Part shown: piece by piece, positions 14,401-26,900 of the stretch
Layout of the letters: each line of letters starts with the position of its first letter
How positions within the stretch are numbered: the first letter of the stretch is position 1
DNA from: the human T2T-CHM13v2.0 reference genome, Homo sapiens
Direction: 5' to 3' (one strand)
Length of the DNA stretch: 64,000 nt
NCBI RefSeq assembly: GCF_009914755.1
Contig: NC_060936.1
Program-made: the position numbers and the translations under genes
The notes under the pieces: generated by a model
The model's database searches: none
Told to the model about the DNA's origin: nothing
The model's input: only the letters and a program-made list of their open reading frames with translations

Positions 14401-17400
14401 GAGCTCTTCAATGGCTCCCCACTGCCCTTCACTCAAGTTCAAGTTTCTTAAGAAAGCCTCCGCGGCCTCCCTGCGCAGCACCCTCCAGCCCCGCTATACA
14501 TTCCTCCCCCGATCAGGTTCTCAACCCAAGTATATTTTTTCAACCATGTATTCTCTTGCCTGTGAGCCCCTGCACATTCTATTCTTTCAGCCTTAAACAC
14601 TCATTTTCCTGCCTCTTCACCAGACTAACTCATGCCTATCCTTTGGGACTCAGTGTGGATACCGCTTCTTCCAGGAAGCCTTCCCTGACTGTTAGGTGGG
14701 TTAGGTAAGGTGCTGAGGCATCTGTCACTGTGTTTGTGTCACTGTGTGGTAGTTGTCCAATCACTTGTCTATACAGTCAGCTCTCTGAGGACAGAGATCC
14801 CAGCAGGTCTTGCAAATCAATGCATCCTCCGAAACAAACCCAGACGCGAACCCTGTGCCCTGGCACACACTTAGTAAATGTCTGTCATAGCTGCCTTCCT
14901 GCCTCGACAGTTCCTTGGAAAACATTCCTTAAAACAGCAGTCCTAGCAACGAGGATATGGGAAATGAGGAAGGGGGAGAGAGGTAGACCCACTGCAAACC
15001 TGAGGCCTGAAGACCCTTGCCCTCTTGTCCTTCACTTCTCCCTCGTGTCCTGTCTACATATTCTGCGAAAGCCCAGGTGGCCAGGCCACAGAGGGAAGGG
15101 GAAAAGAGAGGGAAAGTGGGCCGGCGGGTGTGTAGGGAAGGGAGGAGGACACCCACAAACACCAGACCTTCATTGACCCTCCAGTAGGTCACGGTGGGGT
15201 GAGTCTTCAGGGGTCTGCGCCCAGGGGATTTGTAGTGGGAGGTGTAGACCATGGTGGCTACTCCCTATGAGCAGAGGCTCTGTCTGGGGCATTGTCTCTG
15301 AGATCTCTTCTAGAATCCTGCTGGAGGTGGGGTGATAAAGTGGGAGAGGGGGAGGGGCTGCTGAGGAAGGCCACAGGGGCTAAGGAGGATTTCCTCAGAG
15401 CTTTTGGGAAGCTATACGTTCCTGGCCCCGAGGTAAAGCTCCCACAGGCTGCTTGACCCAACAGAGCAGCTCCTACCCACTGGGATTCTCGGTCTGCAGG
15501 AATCTGGCATCCACCTGGGTGAGTGTGCCCAGCTGTGGGGGACACTGAGGCTGGAAACCACACTCCCTCCCTGGGTCATGAACTCCTGCCCCAGCACGGG
15601 CTCGGGGAAGGGAACAGATATGAGAAGAGTGATTGGTGAGGTGGATCCCCAGACCCCTATCCCCCAACAGCCCTGGGGCCTCCGTGGAGACCTGTCCCCA
15701 CTGAGGTTTCAGATCAGCCAGTGAGTAAACACTGCACCCCCACTCACAGGGGCCAGGCCCAGTGAAGGCTGTGGCCAGTGGCAGCCTCCTATGCCCCCTC
15801 CTTCTCTGTATCTCTTTTTTCTAGGAGTTCTTTCTTAACTAGCCCTTAGCTTTTCTCCCTCATCTGTCCCCTCCATTTGCTCTAGCATGGTGACTTGAAA
15901 AAAAAATGCCCTCTTCCCTATTGAGAGCACCCTGATGCAGACATTGTATCTCTCTCTGTTTTCATGGAGTTGTCTCTGACCTACCCTCAGACTAGTTCTC
16001 CAAATCCTAAGCATCTAACAACACAGCTTCATACAACCACACAGTGTACCTCTTTCTGGACAACTTCCTCCTACTCAGGTTTTCCCTCTGGGTCCACCCC
16101 CACCCCATGATGCTTCAGGTTCCAGGAGCTGAAAGACTTACTGGGGTCCACATAGGCCCAGCTAGGGTGGAGAGGCACCGCTGTGGGGGCTGGGGGGAAG
16201 GCCCCTGCCTTCATCCCCTCCCCAGAGGTGGCTTCCTCATAGGAGGGTGGGGCTGAGGGCACTGCTGGAGCCTCCTTCTTCTCGCCATGCACCTGCTGCT
16301 GCCCCTCGGTCCCAGGGGCCTTGTTAGCCACGGAGAGCTATGGAGTAGAGTCAGAGAGAGAGATAGTCACCAGGGAAAGGGAGCCTTCCAACTCCTCCTC
16401 CTCACCAACTCTTCAATTCCTGGAACTTTCATGGTTCCTTCCTTACCTGCACTTGGAAGCCAGGAATGCAGACAAGAATGTCTCTATTTTATAGACAAGA
16501 GAACTAAGCTCCAGAGGGGTCAGAGCTAGCTGGGGCACATGGTGGAGCTGGGATAGGAACAGAGGAAAGAGAAAATTCTTAGGAGTGTCCACCATTGGTT
16601 GTCACTGTCATTGTCCCTGGGGTAGGGGCAGGGTCTCTATGGTTCCAGAAAAGAGCCTGGCACATAGTAGATTGTTACAAATAAAAGGTTATGTCATTTA
16701 ATCTTCCTGAGACTTGCTAGCTGCATTTTGACCCCTGCTTTAAAATGAGGAGAATGAGGATCACAGAGGAAGAGCGATTCATCCAAGGTCACAGAGCTGC
16801 ATGTGGCCCACTGAGAGGCAGGGCCTAGGCATCATCCACTGGGATTGATCCTTCTGTTGCGCTGGAAGTGATGCAAGGAGAATGGAGATGGGAGAGAGAA
16901 GGGCAACAGAAAGGGAAGAGGAGAGGGAGAAAACAGAAAAGAAGAAGGGCCTTCAGGGTGGAGGAAGGGCAAGAGGATCCAGGCTAAGGGTCTGTTCTGG
17001 CCTCATCCTGTAGGAATCTCAGCCTCTCCCCTAAACCAGAACAGACTCACAGAGTGACCCAGTGGAAGGGGCCTCAGAAGACATCCAGTTGAGTCTCTTC
17101 CGTCACTGAACAGATGAGGAAACTGAGGCTCAAAGGGAAACGTCCCCATGGCAGGTTGGAAATGCGAGTCCATTTACACTCAGATGTGTCCCCTGCCCCC
17201 CACCCGTGGACATGTTTAGCTTTGGTGAGAGGATTTGAGCTGGGAAGGCCTGAATGAGGCAGCCAGAGAAGGAAAGACTGGGGTGGAGGGGGTGGTGTGA
17301 AATTGAAACAGCAACAAAAAGCCCGGCTCTCAGAAAATGGGATTTAGGTCTGGTTCCCAGAAGACTGTGTTAGACCTAAAGGGCCACTGAGGAAGACTGC

Positions 17401-18806
17401 GGACTTCCTTCTTTGCAGGGAGCATCTGGCTGAGGCAGCCTGGAGACAGGCACGCACCAGAAGACTTCTGGTTCCATCCAGGCCCAAGGACCACTGAACT
17501 GGAGCGGTCTTCTCCATCCCCCAGCAAGCTTGTGCGTGAGCTGGGGACAAGGGGCAGAGGAGGCAGAGGTCCCCCTCACACCAGGAAGGGAACAGCGCCA
17601 CTAAAGGGCCTGGTGGAGGCAGGGTGGAGGTGGAAGGAGACTCAGCAGAAGGGGTGAGTTCTCCATGTTTACGGAACTGAACACTCCCCAGGCCTCCCAC
17701 TGCCTCCCACTCCCCAGCCCCCCCTCATCACCCGGATCTGAAGGATCATGTCCACCTAAATCGAGTTCAGCCTCCACCCTGCCACTCCGCCCCCCCAGAG
17801 CCTCCTGGACCCTAATGCCCAGGCCCCCGACACACATACGGCACTCCCAAGTGAGGTGTGACCAATGGCGGGAGGTGGTATCACCCAGTGACATCATTTG
17901 AGGCCCAAAGAGCTTGCATACAGGGAGAGGAGGGTCTGAGGGTCCAGGGAAGGATGTCATTGGCTCTGAAGCTCCTCTCAAAGAGAAGAAGGGGGAGTGT
18001 AGGGGAGGTCCTTCCCCTGTTTTCTCTGCCCAATCCTTAGCAACCCAAACAGAGGGCCCGAGTACCCTCCCCCTTAGCCCCAGGCCCTAGTGGTTGTATA
18101 ATTCCACAGGCTATTGATGTTACATAAGCCTACTAGGCCAGCCGAGTCTCTGCCCCAGCCCCTCCCCTACAATTCAGGCCTAAAACTGGAGAAGAGATGC
18201 TTCATCCGGACCCATCCATGCCTGGCCAAAAGCAAAACAACAATTAGAGCATCTTGATGCAGAGTTGTCATAGCAAGCCCCAAGCACAGGGATGGAGCCA
18301 AGACGCCCAGATGTGGAACAATGGCAGGGAGTAGGGTGGGGGTTGTTTCCGTGGAGGGTGGGAAAGATGAGCATAAAGTGGTTGGGTTTGGGACTGGAGG
18401 GTTGGGCCAGAGGGGGTTGCCCGATAGGCACTGCCCCTCAGGGCTCACCCTGGCACACACATACCCATGCACACACATACAGTCACACCAGACGCCCGGG
18501 CTGACTCCTCACGGGGGGCCTGGGTATCTGTGAGGAGCCTTGTAATGCTGTAATGCCAAAGCAGGGGTGGCAGGGTGACAGGGGAGGAGAGGCGCGCCTG
18601 CGGGCAGGAAGAGGCCTCGGTCCATTCCTTGACACCGGCCTTTCGGTCCTCTGACTTCAGCAAGGACCACGGAGGACCTTCAAACTAGGGCCAGGGGAGG
18701 ATGCTTTCGTGGTCCAGAGGGCTTGCTGAGGATGACAGGGAGCCGGGAGCCGGAGGATGGAGGATGGTGCAGGCTGGGGAGATGCCGGTACCTTTCCCTG
18801 GGTCAT
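2398..18806 (-). CDS. FAIM2: FAIM2 (protein lifeguard 2, TMBIM/BI-1 family), coding exons 1-11; final exon outside window
   Basis: The spliced translation [43 protein letters not shown]...[23 protein letters not shown]...[14 protein letters not shown]...FDFTSCQG...[18 protein letters not shown] is recognisable as FAIM2. Exon lengths 15+196+104+65+54+51+40+38+88+96+54=801 nt; all junctions GT-AG and in phase. Confidence 0.98.
4119..4214 (-). CDS. FAIM2: FAIM2 exon 10 (FDFTSCQG...LLPFQY)
   Basis: cccacag|TTCGAC ... CAATAT|gtgagt; 96 nt; matches ORF 3951..4271. Confidence 0.96.
4493..4580 (-). CDS. FAIM2: FAIM2 exon 9 ([30 protein letters not shown])
   Basis: cctcag|CTACTAC ... ACCAAG|gtcagc; 88 nt. 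Confidence 0.96.
5129..5166 (-). CDS. FAIM2: FAIM2 exon 8 ([12 protein letters not shown])
   Basis: tttcag|ACCCTG ... TCCAG|gtaaag; 38 nt. Confidence 0.96.
5695..5734 (-). CDS. FAIM2: FAIM2 exon 7 ([14 protein letters not shown])
   Basis: ttgcag|GAGGCAT ... GTCTTT|gtaagt; 40 nt. Confidence 0.96.
6076..6126 (-). CDS. FAIM2: FAIM2 exon 6 ([17 protein letters not shown])
   Basis: ctcacag|TGCTGTG ... CCCAG|gtatgc; 51 nt. Confidence 0.96.
7190..8580 (+). mobile_element. L2 LINE fossil in FAIM2 intron 5
   Basis: Long C/T-rich degenerate L2-like stretch ending in the typical L2 3' end (gtgcctggtaggtgctc...aaatattt...gatgaa). Confidence 0.6.
12043..12096 (-). CDS. FAIM2: FAIM2 exon 5 ([18 protein letters not shown])
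   Basis: ctctgcag|TGACCC ... TCCTA|gtgagt; 54 nt. Confidence 0.96.
12531..12595 (-). CDS. FAIM2: FAIM2 exon 4 ([23 protein letters not shown]1)
   Basis: cccag|GTCTAC ... TTCTG|gtgagt; 65 nt. Confidence 0.96.
12999..13102 (-). CDS. FAIM2: FAIM2 exon 3 (SSSSSYDNG...VFVRK)
   Basis: cacacag|GCAGC ... AGAAAG|gtaatg; 104 nt. Confidence 0.96.
13525..13838 (-). mobile_element. AluJ
   Basis: Alu body with J-type features (gcagcctcgacttcc, gcccaggctggtcttg). Confidence 0.9.
16142..16337 (-). CDS. FAIM2: FAIM2 exon 2 (LSVANK...WAYVDP)
   Basis: ctccatag|CTCTCC ... GACCCCA|gtaagt; 196 nt; matches ORF 16071..16331. Confidence 0.96.
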
Positions 18807-19210
18807 GGTGCCGTCTCTCGGGGAAGGGGTCCCTGAGGCCCGGGTGGCCGCTTGGGTAACCGCAGCCTGCCTGCGTCTCTTCCTTCCTCCGCGTGGGTTC
18901 CAGCAACATCCACTGCAGCCGGGCCAGGCGAGCCGGCGCGTACCATCGGCGCGGGGGGAGGAGAGGGCCGGGCCTGGGAAGATGCTGCGGAGGACGCTGC
19001 GGATTCGCGAGCCCGGGGTAAGGCGGCGGCGCACCGCCCCCTCCCGCCGCTTCCCCCCCACCCCGCCCCCCACCGCCGCCCTTAGCCCTCCCCCGGGATG
19101 AGAGAGAGTCGCGCTGCGGAGCAACCCCAGTGGATGGGTCCGCGGGGGCTGAGCGGGCGGAGGAAGCGGGAACTCCGTGACACCGACCAGCTGACGCTGC
19201 CCGCGTGAAA
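18590..19210. promoter_or_regulatory. FAIM2: CpG island / FAIM2 promoter and 5' leader
   Basis: Abrupt rise in CpG and GC content around the start codon; GC boxes (ccccgccccc at ~19061); no TATA box seen. Confidence 0.88.
18792..18806 (-). CDS. FAIM2: FAIM2 exon 1 coding part (MTQGK)
   Basis: Minus strand ggcaccATG ACC CAG GGA AAG|gtaccg; inside CpG island. Confidence 0.95.
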
Positions 19211-20229
19211 CCAGAGCCGGGCATCAGGGCCTCATCTCCACTGTCTCTGCACCTCTCTGCAGCTCCAGCTGCGCCTCTGCCTTTTCCTCCTCCCTCTTTG
19301 GATGCGGCCCTGATTTCTGTCTCCATCTCCACCTCCCCTCTCATCATCTATTTCATCATCCCTGGTAGAGGGGAAGGTCTGGAAGTCTCGCCTGTGCTGC
19401 CCGCTTCTAACAGGGCCCCTGGGCCCTGCGCTCCTGTGGGCCTGGGGCAAGCCAATAGCCACCTATCCTTGCTCCTTTTTCTCGCCTGTGAAATGCACAC
19501 AGTAGGTCCCTCCCTGCCTTGGTTCACAGAGACATGGGGTGGGAGGACACCTCTTCTGTTTCTTTCAGCCCTGCTGGGACATTTCACGGGGTCTTTCTGG
19601 AGACACCGCTAGTTCTGTCTCAAAGCCTCTACAACCCCTGCCAGAGCTCTCTTCCTGCCTCCACGCTTAGCTTCCATCACCCCGTCTCCATCTTCCCCCC
19701 TTTTCCATTCCTCCCATGCCAGAGCTCGTTCTCCCCGCTTCCCCAGACGTGTCACTGGGACCCAGTCATCATCAGGCCCCGTTTTCTGTAGCTGCTGCAG
19801 TGTCACTATGGGGTTTGCAATCTCAAGAGCTGGGATCAAGTCCCAATTTAGTCACCCACTGGCCGCGTGGCCTTGGCAAGGCCCTTAACCTCTCTGAGCT
19901 GCAGCTCCTACGAAAAAGAGGCTTAGAACAGAGCTCTGTCCATCCTAGATTGACTGTCAGACGCACAGGTTATGGCCGTAAAAGCACATAAAAGACCAAG
20001 AAGTGCTGGAAGTATGTGAGGTATTATTAACTGAGGAGTCTCCTACCAGAATGTCCTGGGCTGCCCCAGAGCGAGCACCCACAAATCTGCCTAAAAGAAG
20101 TATCTGAACCTGCTAGGATGGGACGAGAAACTAAGACCTGGGACAGGTGGGGGTGGCCACTTACCTTCTGCTTCCCTCTCACTGCCCAGGGACCCACCTA
20201 AAGTCCCTGAGAAAGCAGGGCCCAGGTAG

Positions 20230-20609
<380 letters not shown>

Positions 20610-21701
20610 TAACCACCAATTTTGCACAAACACACTTAAGCCTGGGCCTCCGTGTCCAGAGGCTCTCTCAACCCTACAAACCCGAGCTCTTCTTCCAGCA
20701 AGCTGTGCCCTGGTCCCCAGCACTGCACCTGGAGCTCTGACCAGCTGGTCCAGGTTCTGGCCTTCCCTCCTTCTCTGCATCTGCATCCTGGAAGTGTTTT
20801 CCTTCTCCTGCTTGACAGCTTGAATGCCACCTCCTCCAGGAAGCCTCCTTCCCCCCCTAGTTGGGGTTAGATGCTCCTCTTCTGTAGTTCCCTAGCACCC
20901 TGATGTAACGCCTGTCACGTGGCGCTGTGAAGTTTCTTTGACTGACTCCCTGTTACACTCTAAGCTCCTGTAGCAGTTTTGGTGTGAGCTGGACTGAATG
21001 CAGTGCCAGGTGTGTGGAATGCACTCCATCAATTGTAGCTAGTAATATTTCCCAGACATGGCACTACGCAGAGCCTGACTTTCATCAGCCTTAGCACTTT
21101 CATGTTTGTGAATCACTCCTGTTCCTTCTCTCGCATTCACTCTGCTCCAGCCACACAGGCCTCTTGGCCATTCCTTAGACTGGGCTGAGCATGCGCTTAG
21201 CTGAGGCCCTTTGCACTGGCTGTGTCTTGTTTGGAAATTCTACAGATCATTGCGTGGCTCCCTCCCTCACTAACTTCACTACTCTGCTCAGACATTATCT
21301 CAGGGGTGGTCTTCCTGATCTTATACAAAGTAGCAGTGCCACCCGCATACCCCCACCCAGCAAATTGGACAGTCCCTTTTTTCTGATTAAGCTTTATGTT
21401 TTCTATGTCAATTGTCACCTCTGACATGTTTTGTTTTGTTTTGTTTTTTTCTCTCTCTCTCTCCCATTAGAACGTCAGCTACAGAAGAGGAGGAGTTTGG
21501 GGGTGTTGTGTCATTGCTTTACACCTGTGGGTTAAAATAGTGACTGACATGGATGTGGTGGGTTGATAAGTATTTGGTTGAGTAAAGTACAGCATTATAC
21601 AAAATCCTTATATTCCTCAGACATGTTGACATTGTCAGTGCTATGATGTTTCTTAGATGTTGGACTCTATTACCTTGACATTGTGTATATGTCCCCCCAA
21701 C

Positions 21702-21830
21702 TTTTTTTTGAGACAGGGTCTCGCTGTGTTGCCTAAGCTGGAGTGCAGTGGTATGATCATGGCTTGTTACAGTCTGAATTTCTGGGCTCAAGCATCCTCC
21801 TGCCTCAGCCTCCCAAGTAACTAGGGTATA
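21702..21830 (-). mobile_element. Partial AluJ (right monomer)
   Basis: ttgagacagggtctcgctgtgttgcctaagctggagtgcagtgg...cctcagcctcccaagta, then truncated. Confidence 0.75.
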
Positions 21831-21841
21831 TGTTCCCATGA

Positions 21842-22178
<337 letters not shown>

Positions 22179-22707
22179 TAAACATTCGTGTAACATTCCT
22201 CTGGGATCTGGTGATAGTTAGGTGTGGTAGTCAAAAGCCAAGGCTACACAGTCAAGCAGCTTTGCTCCAGATCCCGGCTCCTCTATTTAAAAGCTGTATG
22301 AGAGCTTGTGAGAGATGAGTTGTGAAAGTTGTGAGAATGAGGAGAGTTAGGATATGTAAGGCACTTAGAACAGAACCAGGCATCTAACACATGCTCTATG
22401 CATGTTTGATGACTATAAGCACACAATAAGCTCTTGGTGTTAGCTATTAGTGTTAGCCTTAAGGGTTCCACAAATATTGTTTAATGAAATAATTTCCACC
22501 ACATAAGGCAGCTCAGTTCCACAGTTACTCATTTGTTCATTCATTTGTCATGTCTGTGGTCTCTGTCCCTGTTGACACATTTGGTAGAAGCCATTCTTCA
22601 AGAAGAATGAGATCCCTTCAGACTCACCCCCGGGCAGGAGGGGACAGGCAGTGCTGGGGTGGCTGAGGGCTGGGAGAATAGTGCCTCAAGGGAGTCAGAA
22701 ACAGTAA

Positions 22708-23925
<1,218 letters not shown>

Positions 23926-26900
23926 TAAGGAAGAAGATTTTGTCTGTGAACATGTGGGAGGGATGGAGAGAGGAAGAGATTGAAGGTGCAGCGGTAAGTG
24001 GAACTTTAGTGATGGCTCTTGTGGAGGGTCAGAGCCCGGCTCTGGAGCAGGCTGCGTGGGTCCCAATCCTGGCCCTGCACAAGACGCTTGACTTCTCTGT
24101 GCCTCAGTTTCATCCTCTGTAAACTGAAGGTTGTGAGAATGAGGAGAGTTAGGATTTGTAAGGCACTTAGAGCAGAGCCAGCCATCTAACACATGCTGTA
24201 AACATGTTTGATCACTAGAAAATAAGACACGTGATCCAGGGGCAGAAAAGATGGAGAAAAGGGACAGCATGGGACAGGACCGACAGGACTTGGGAAGACA
24301 GTAGAAGTGAGAGAAAGGCAGAAGGGGCATCAAAAAGGGCAAAGGTGTGAAGACTGAGTCCCTGGGAGAATGATACCATTATGAAAAGGGAAAGGAGCTG
24401 AGGTGCTTGGGCGGGGGTCAGGTTGAGTTTGAGGGCCTGTAGGACATCCAGGTGGAGATGTCCTGTAGGCAGTTGGCCAGAGGTTCCTGGTGCCCAGGAG
24501 AGAGGTCCGGGCAAGGCCTCCTCCCTGCGCAGCCCCAGGAGGCACCATGCACTGTGTTCAGGGGGAGGACCACATCCCTTCCCGCCCTGGGGCCCAGCCC
24601 TGGGGCCCATGGAGTTGAGTGCTGGGCTGGTGGTGGAGGTGTGGGACTCCTTAGCTCATTAGCATGCAGACAGTGGCTGAACCCTGGAGTCAGTGAGCAC
24701 CCCCACTGCAGAGTGAGGCCAAGGAGAGAAGAAGGGGATGAGTGGATCCCAGGCAGCAGCTATGAGCAGGAGAAGATGGAAGGAAGTCCTGTCCTCTCTG
24801 TAGAATTCCCCCTGCCATCTTCATCACGAGGCTGCTGTGACCGTGGAGAGGCAAAGACCAGCCGGGAATATTTTCAGGGCTGCTCTGAGGGGAGCGAAGG
24901 TCTGGCCGCAGGCATTGCCTCTCTCCTCCTTCCAGGCCCACGCCATGGCAGTCCCTCCCACTCCGCAGTCTGCTTTTGTTGCCAGCTCTGTCTGGGGCAA
25001 GTGTGGGTTGGCGGTGGGGAGGGGCAAAGGTGTGGGCGGAGGCAACTTCTCATTTTACAGACGTGGAAGCACAAGGCCAAAGAGGTTGAGTGACTAACAC
25101 GAGGTTACATGACACGTTGGGGCCGAGGCCGGTGAGAAGAATGCATTTGACCCCGCGTAGGCACCATCAGCTCAAGAGGGTTTCAGCGACAACACTGAGG
25201 CTGGGAGTCGGGGAGGAGTTGGGAGGGTCTCAGACCTCCTAGGTGGGTAGAATCAGAGCTATCCAGGCGCCTCTCCCCAGATTCTCACCAATAACCCCCT
25301 GACACACAGACCCGCACACCCAGCCTGCACCACTCTCTGCCTCCTCACCGTGCAAGAAAAGAGAGAACCTGTGCTTTTGAGGCCAGTGATGGGGGCGCAG
25401 AGGCAGGGGCTAGACAAGGCCCAGCTCACCCACAGTAAGAAGGTTCTCAGGTTGGGCCACAAGAGGTGAATGGGCCAGGCCAGCTCAGGCATCAGGCTGC
25501 TTGCTCCCTCCTGGGTATAGCCGGGCCTCAGCTGTGGCAGCCTTTCACACCCTTCAAAGCCTGCCATCACCCTGCAGGCCCCTGGCCCCTACCCTTCTCA
25601 CTGTTCTTCACAGGGGTTCTTCCTGCCTCTCTCATCCCCAGCAGCCCCACAGCAAAGAACCTGACACTCCTGTGCTGACCAGCCAGAGGCTGGTTGCAAA
25701 ACCCCTCTCTGCTGCAGTCCTACTCCTGCCTCCCCATGCCCCTCACACTGTGCCTCTCCAGATATGGTCTCCAAAACGCGGGACAAGAAGCCGAAGCCTC
25801 GGGCAGGCATCGGCTTTCTGAGTCGCCATGCTTCCCAGCTGCAGGAATTGCTGGGTCAGGTGTGAAACCACATTTCTGTCCCTCCTCATCTCTGTCTCAC
25901 CTCCCCTGCTCCCCACACCTGGGCTTTGCTGGGAGTTGGGGCTGAGGCTGGAGCAGTCCTCACTGAGCACAGAAGAGCCAGGCCCCAGGCTTGTCATCCC
26001 AGCCTCACATTCCAAAACTCTCAGCCGCATCAGCTCACTCCTTGGTAGGCCTGGCACAGGCCCTCTGCACGTTAGAATAACACAAAAAAATCAAGTTTTC
26101 AGGTAACTAAAGTTCTAGGCCAGGCTTAGCCCCTCCCTTGCAGCAGGCCCTCGAAAAGTCAGTTCTTTCCCCAGGATCTCACGGGTTCTGTTGCCATCGC
26201 ATGTGCCGCTATGTGCATACATTTCCGTTTCTCTACCAGATGGAAAGTGCCTTAAAGATATGGGTTGTGTATCTCAAGCCTTCCTGCTCCATCCCTTGAC
26301 CTGGTAGAGTTCAATATTGAAGAATACAGGGTTTGGGGTCAGATCAATCTGGGTGCCAATTCTGACTCTCCCAGTTACTAGATGATTGACCTTAGGTAAA
26401 TCTGAGCCTCAGTTTCCTCATCTTTACAATGGGTATCCATTAACTGATTTACTTATTCAAACAATATTTATGAGGGCCAACTCCATGTCAAACACTGATG
26501 TGTGTACAACAGTGACCACAACAGACACAAATCCCGGCCCTGTGGGGTTACTTCTTAGTGGAGACTATTGGTGCCTGGCCCAGAGAGTGATTGTGAAAAC
26601 TCAGTGAGATGACATTTGGACAGGGCTCAGCACATACGTCATATGTCAGCCTGGCATACGACAGGCCTGACAAGTTAGAGCCATTATTGTGAACATCCAT
26701 TCTGAACCACAGAACCATTTGCTGAGAATTTACTGTGTGCCGGCACCATGCTAGGTGCTAGGGAGACAAAGACGTGGAACTCTCATCCACACCCTCAAGG
26801 AACTTATAGTCGAATGCACCTACCGAATGTCAAATGCCACCATCCTCATCATTGTTCAGAAGCTTATAACCAGCACCAACTTGTATTACATGCAACAAAG

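Noticed and set aside
18660-18680. REST/RE1-like sequence gcaaggaccacggaggacctt in intron 1
   Set aside because: Only the central ACCACGGA matches; both half-sites deviate from TCAGCACC-nn-GGACAG.
18657-19124. ORF in frame with FAIM2 extending ~106 codons upstream of the ATG
   Set aside because: It begins at a non-ATG codon, all three frames are open in this GC-rich island, and I see no well-placed in-frame CUG. No support for an N-terminal extension.
24452-25093. 213-aa plus-strand ORF
   Set aside because: No recognisable domain; partly overlaps L2-like sequence; length is unremarkable in GC-rich DNA.
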